NCBI GenBank assembly: GCA_039621445.1
Contig: CP154954.1
Location: forward strand, 46,045,847-46,109,846
DNA: 64,000 bases
From: Euglena gracilis
Lineage: Eukaryota
Reading direction: 5' to 3'
A model generated the notes under the pieces. It did not search any database. It was not told the DNA's origin and was given only the letters and a program-made list of their open reading frames with translations. The position numbers and the translations under genes are program-made. How positions within the stretch are numbered: the stretch's first letter is position 1; every line of letters begins with the position of its first letter. Shown one piece after another: positions 58,179 to 64,000 of the stretch.

Positions 58179-58884
58179 CAGGGGGGGGGAAATTATGCGG
58201 TCCGCATTATTCCGCATTATTCCGCATTTCCGCATTATTCCGCATTATTCCGCATTTTTCCGCATTTTTCCGCATATTTTCCGCATTTTTTTTGTAAATT
58301 TTCCGCATTTTTCCGCATTTTCGCATTTGACCGCATTTTTTCCGCATTTTTCCGCATTTTTCCGCATTTTCCCGCATTTTTCCGCATAATTTCCGCATTA
58401 TCCCGCATTTTCCGCATTTTTCCGCATAATTACTGCATTTTTTCGCATAATTTCCACATTTTTCCGCATAATTTCCGCATTTTTTGTGAATTTTTTACGT
58501 TTCAGGTCGACTACAAGGTTCATTGTTTCCCCAATATGTTGGAGCACAAGTGCTCGTCTTTTCATCTCTCTGTTTTATACATAATTTGTGCTTTGTTTTT
58601 CCATTGCATTTTGGTGACTTCTGGCAAGCTTGGGCATCAGCGATGGGAATCAAATAGCATCGGGACCCTGCATATTGTGAGGTAGAAATATATCTATCCT
58701 CTCCATGTGACCTGGGACTCCACAGAATTTCGGCATGTTTTCCGCATTTTCCGCATTTTTCCGCATATTTTCCGCATTTTTTTTCCGCATAATTTCCGCA
58801 TAATTTCCGCATTTTTCCGCATTTTTCCGCATAATTTCCGCATTTTTTCCCCGCCTGCCAGACCGCATAATTTCCCCCCCCCTG
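58179..58884. mobile_element. Non-autonomous TIR element with CCGCATTTT repeats
   Basis: Perfect 24-bp TIR CAGGGGGGGGGAAATTATGCGGTC; TSD CCTTCCG; empty site at ~35791. Confidence 0.85.
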
Positions 58885-59099
58885 CCTTCCGTATTTCTGG
58901 GGGCGCGTCTCTGCCCCCCCCCCCATTTGCCACAAAAACGTCCGCCTGACGTGGCACAGACCGGCCACCCGTTTGCTATTTATGCCATGTCCGCCAAACC
59001 AGACATTCATTTAGTGTGGTACACCAAGGTTGTCATTTTGTGGTTCACTGTGGACACCACAAAATTTTTTGTGGTTCACCTGTGGACACCAAAAAATTT

Positions 59100-59474
59100 G
59101 GTACTTGTCTGTTATCGCACGACATACCCCCCCCCTTTCGGTTATCGCACGACACCCTTTTTTCGGGTTATTTAGGGTTAATTAAAGGAATAGGGTTAGG
59201 TGCGCACATGCATGTTTGCGCTACATGGCCACGGGGTTAGGGTTAGGCTTGGGCTTAGGCTTAGGCTTAGGCCTTAGGCTTAGGCCTCAGGCTTAGGCCT
59301 TAGGCTTAGGCTTAGGCTTAGGGTTAGGGTCAGGGTCAGGGTTGGCCATGTAGCGCAACATGGCATGTGCGCACCTAACCCTACTCCTTTAAATAACCCC
59401 ATAAGACCAAAAAAAAAGGTGTCGTGCGATAACCGAAAGGGGGGGGGTATGTCGTGCTATAACTGACAAATACC
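59100..59474. mobile_element. Foldback MITE with ~130-bp arms and a telomere-like (TTAGGC/TTAGGG) core
   Basis: GGTA...TACC ends; AAAAATTT on both sides (possible 8-bp TSD). Confidence 0.75.
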
Positions 59475-59959
59475 AAAAATTTTTTGTTCACTTGTGGACA
59501 CCAAAAACATTTTTGTGGTTCACCTGTGGACCACAAAAATATACACCAAAGTAATATGTGTGGTTCACATGTGGACACCAAAAAATTTCCCACCGCCTGC
59601 TGACATTTGCATCATTTTCTTTCTCATCAACAGCAATGAAGCAATCTTCTTTGAACATATTTGACTCAGGCGGCGTAAGTTGGCCAAAAATTCTGGTGCT
59701 CTAAAAACAGAAGAGGAAGCGGAAAACTACTTCCAAAAAGGGTCATATTTTCGATTTTTTTTGAAGAGGTTCTGATTTTGGCCAATTCTGGTGGACGTTT
59801 GGCTCACAGTAAAGGAGACCTATACAGTCGAAAACAGACCTAAAAAGGCCAACTTATTTTTCGAATCCTAGTAAAATCAACAAAACCAATCAAAAAATAC
59901 ATGAACAGGAGGAACCGACAAAAATAAGCGTTTGTTTGTTTGTTTCGTCTGCCGGAGGC

Positions 59960-60540
59960 CGGGGGGGGCCCCCCCCCCCCCCCCCCCCCCGCCCCCCCCC
60001 CGCGCCCTCCAATAACAAAATCCCTTCCGGGGGGTAACCGACCCAGGGCCATGCGGGCATGTAATGCCACGCTCACCGTAAACAAAAGCGCCCTTGGTAA
60101 ACAAATACTTCGGCGCCCTTGGTCTTCTAGCAGGGGGGGGCTGCCGCCCCCCCCCCCCCCGCACCCCCCCCGCCCTCCAATAACAAAATCCCTTCCGGGG
60201 GGTAACCGACCCAGGGCCATGCGCGCATGTTATGCCACGCGCACCGTGAACAAAACCGTCCTAAGGCGCCTTCGGCGCCCTTGGTCGTCTAGCGGGGGGG
60301 GGGCTGCCGCCCCCCCCCCCCCGCACCCCCCCCCGCCCTCCAATAACAAAATCCCTTCCGGGGGGTAACCGACCCAGGGCCATGCGCGCATGTAATGCCA
60401 CGCGCACCGTAAACAAAGCCGACCTAAGGCGCCTTCGGCGCCCTTGGTCGTCTAGCGGGGGGGGGGCTTCCGCCCCCCCCCCCCCCGCGCACCCCCCCAC
60501 CCTCCAATAACAAAATCCCTTCCGTGGGGTAACCGACCCA
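59960..60540. repeat. ~170-180-bp tandem repeat (about 3.3 units), related in reverse orientation to 40215-40530
   Basis: Repeated CCAATAACAAAATCCCTTCCGGGGGGTAACCGACCCAGGGCCATGCG and GGCGCCTTCGGCGCCCTTGGTCGTCTAG. Confidence 0.8.
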
Positions 60541-61549
60541 TAGGGCCCCAAAATTTTTTTGGGCTTTGGCACCAAACGAAAGTGGCCACTTTGAGGGGGG
60601 GGTAAAGCAAATTTGACAAAAAATGCCATGCCACTCTGAGGGGGGGGGGGAGGGTAATGCCACCCCCCCCCCCCTGTCGCCCACCCCCCCCCCCCCCCGG
60701 ACCCCCGTACCGGCCTCTTGACAAAGGAACGTAAACGTTGTCTGATTTCGTGCAAGATCCTAAAAGCAGAAAAAGGAAATTTTGATATAATATTTCATGT
60801 TGTTCTCTGAGGGAAATTTTTCCATCGCAGGGGGGTGGGCTTAAAAATCTTCTGTGGGGGGAGAGTGGTCGAATTATTGGTGGTCGCTAGCGACCGGTCG
60901 CTCCGACCACCAATGGTCGCTAGCGACCGGTCGCCAGAATTCGGTCGCTAGCGACCATGGTCGCTAGCGACCACCAAAAGTTCCATGGCCAATTTTCTGC
61001 TCGGAGCCCAATGTGGCTGAGGTGTCTAAAGATCAATCCGCCTTTAGGTGTAATTTTTACTTTTTTTCGATCCTCAATCAATTTTTGTGGACCACAAAAT
61101 TTTTTGTGGACACCACAAAAATTTTTGTGGTTCACCTGTGGACACCAAAAAAAATTTTGTGGTTCACCTGTGGACACCAGAAAATTCCGGGGGTCCACGA
61201 CTAAAAAAAACCCCTGGTTAGTGCCCAAATCAGTGTCACGCCCTCAACGGCATTACTCAGTGGTCCAATAATGCGCGCGCCCCGTGCACTTAAGTCGGAG
61301 TCTGCTGGTGCATTTTTTCACAGCGCTGAAGGAAGTGTTCGTTCCAGCCAGGGGAACCCCCGGGTGGTCCACTCAGTGACTTTTTTCTGGTGGAAAGCCA
61401 AATGGTCTTGAGGAGAAACCGGGTCCCATGGGTGTTTTGTGAGGGAGTGTCAAAAGGGGGTACTTTTCATTGCTGAGAACTGCATTTTTTTTTCACTGTT
61501 TCCCAATGTCACCCTGTTGGCTGAAAAATTTGTTTTCGTTCCACCTCAG

Positions 61550-61594
61550 GCTGAAGCATTGAGCACCCAGCTGCCAGTTTTCTGGGACTTGCGG
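61550..61594 (+). CDS. psaD: Duplicate of unit 1 micro-exon
   Basis: Same sequence as 38403-38447, inside the duplicated block. Confidence 0.7.
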
Positions 61595-61643
61595 GTGTGT
61601 TTGGATTTCACAACATTCTGTTTTGATGGTTGCTGCAATGCAG

Positions 61644-61797
61644 GACGCTTTGGGTGAGGTTCCCAAGTCGAAGTTCCCAGAAGTGTTTGCAAGGTACAAG
61701 GGGAGCACTGGTACTTTGCTGTCAGCAGCAAAAACCGAAGAATATTACGCCATCACTTGGACAAGTCCCAAGACCCAGATCTATGAGCTCCCAACAG
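61644..61797 (+). CDS. psaD: Duplicate of unit 1 154-nt exon
   Basis: Same peptide as 38497-38650; splice sites intact. Confidence 0.75.
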
Positions 61798-64000
61798 GTG
61801 AGGATTGCTTTTTTTTTGTTCAGGATGGTGAGGAAAGAGGGCAGTTTGGCCCCCAGAGGAGGGTTTCAGGACAGGGTGTCAGTGAAGCCGAAGTGGACCC
61901 CATCCACCTGGGGGCGGAAGCCATCCAGCAGCTTTGTACCCCTCCCAATCGGTGATTTTTGTTGTGTGGGAGGAAGGTGAGGGATTTGCTTGTTTTCAGA
62001 AATGTATTTTTTAAAAAAGGGGGCAAATGGGCAAAAAATCCTGCGGTTGGCCCTCTGCGGGCTCCTTTTTAAGTCAGCAACCCCCCCCCGGGGGGGTGGG
62101 TCCCGCGCCGGGTATACCTTTTCGGCGCTTTGTGCCGAAAATTTTTGAAAATTGCCTTTAATGGGCCCGACTTTGGGGGCGGGCCCGCGCGCCACCCTGG
62201 GTGGGTGGGGGGGACCCCCCCCGGGGGCCTTAAAAAGAAGCCTGGCCCTCTGGTCCAGTGGTCCAGGAGCAGACAATTGCTTAAGCACTGGCCACCCCCG
62301 CCCCACAGGGGGTGGGTGACTGCTTTTTTCGGAGTGACTGACTGGTTTTTGGCCCAGACCCCCCCCCCCGTGACTGACTGGTTTTTTTCAGATGGTTGAC
62401 TGGTTTTCTGGCGAAGAGCTCCCCCCCCCGCCCGGGGTTGGGTGGATTTTTGGGAATTTTTTGAGATTTTTGGCGATAGTGCTTTGCCAACATAAGCGCA
62501 TTCAAGAGTGGCCGATCCCCCCAGGGGGGGGTGAAGTGACTGACTGGTTTTTTGGAAAAAGTGACTGACTGGTTTTTTTCAGAGTGGAAAGTGCCCCCCC
62601 CCCCGGGGTCCACCGAAATAAGGTTCGAAAAGGGGTCAAAATGGCCAAAAATGGCATCTTTGGGTGGTTTTTGGGTCTTCAGCACCAAATTTTGGCTGAA
62701 AAATGCCAACCCAGGCTTCTGGTGCATTTTTTCCACTCACACAGCTTCCTCCATCACAGCCCCCCAGCCTTAATCTAGCTCCATCCACCAAAATGTCAAA
62801 AATGGCAATTGTTTTTGGAAAATTCTGTTTTTCACCGACCCAGCCCAGCCCAGCCCAGCCCCCCAGCCCAGCCCAGCCCAGCCCACCCCCGGCACCCGCC
62901 TCCCCCCCCCCCGGGGGGGTCCAGGGGTCCCTGGCCACTCACCACGCAGCAAACTGGGCCAGAAGCGAAGTCAGCGCCGGCCATAAACAGACAAGAAGCC
63001 TAAGTGCAACTAAGGGGGGTCCAGCCAGTCAGCTCAAATCCAGCCAGGAGCCTTTTTGCCGGCCCCGGTCGGAAAATCGCGGGTGACCAAATTGCGGGTC
63101 GGCCCGACCTGTGTGGGTCGGGCCGACCTGGTCGGTAGGAAACGCAATTATCCGCACTACCCCCCCCCCTTTTGAAATCCCGAATCACCCCAAAACCAGT
63201 CAAAACCCACTCCAAAACCCCCCAATCGGGGGTGAATATGCAAAAACTTGGGGGGAAAATGCCCATTTTGGGCCACTTTTGGGAAAAACATTGTCTTTGC
63301 ACATACCTACAAACTGGGTCAGGGTCAGGGTTAGGGTTTGGGTCAGGGTTCGGATTAGGGTTTGGTATAGGGTCAGGGTTTCGGGTTAGGGTTGGGTTAG
63401 GGTTCAGCAGGGGGGGGGATGCGTTTCGCATTTTTGCGCATTTTTTCAAATTTTCTAAAAATGCGCATTTTTGCGCATTTTTTCGCATTTTTTGCGCATT
63501 TTTTCGTTTTTTTCAGCACATTTTTTTGCTTTTTGGCACATTTTTTCGGGAGTTTCCAAAATTTTCGCATTTTTTGACCATTTTTGCAATTTTTGACTTT
63601 TTTTGAAACGTATATTTTCCTCATCATTCTACATAATTTCTTCAAATTCGGTGCCATTTTTGCATGTTTTTGGGTAATTTTTGCATTTTCGTGATTTTTG
63701 CACATTTTTTCCTCGGATTTTGCACATTTTTACACAAGGTTAGGGTTAGGTTTAGGGTTTCGGGTTAGGCTTCGGGTTAGACGACCAAGGGCGCCGAAGG
63801 CGCCCTCCGACAATGGGTGTCTGATTGCGCATGCTCACAGAACGGTCCGGCAGCAAAGGGATTTTGTTACCCCCCCTAATTGAACCAGGTTTTGAATAGT
63901 GCTGTGCTTTTTATAAGCGCGCCCCCACCCCTTGATTGACCCCCGGCCCGGCAGCCCGGCGGCCCGGCAGCACGACCAGGCTTCTTTTTAAGTCACCTGA

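Larger units (their letters stand above)
56439..63880 (+). repeat. Diverged duplicate (paralog or alternative haplotype) of ~33866-40545
   Basis: Collinear near-identical blocks: 56439-58178 vs 33866-35797; 61190-62047 vs 38030-38900; 62565-63880 vs 38900-40545. The copies differ by transposon indels. Confidence 0.85.

Overview
Eukaryotic, repeat-rich nuclear DNA, most likely from a photosynthetic euglenid. The evidence is two near-perfect copies of the Euglena-type spliced-leader exon, a tripartite class-I plastid presequence and TTAGGG-like repeats. The right half (33131 to >56045, + strand) holds a GT-AG spliced gene for a plastid-targeted PsaD (photosystem I subunit II) POLYPROTEIN: a presequence, two complete non-identical PsaD units and a partial third, joined by an AMFAETGEKA linker. 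A diverged duplicate of part of this locus follows (56439-63880). The left-centre (12173-33044) is a nest of retroelements. A CRE-like RLE non-LTR element with a T2A-like StopGo peptide is bracketed by two genomic spliced-leader copies. Inserted in its 3' region are a 7.3-kb degenerate LTR element (carrying a TTAA-flanked TIR cassette with a PHD-finger ORF) and a full-length DIRS element (RT-RNaseH-adenine MTase, YR, ITR/ICR). A mini-DIRS lies nearby. The rest is MITEs, foldback and satellite DNA. All calls were made by eye; family names rest on recalled motifs, not database searches.
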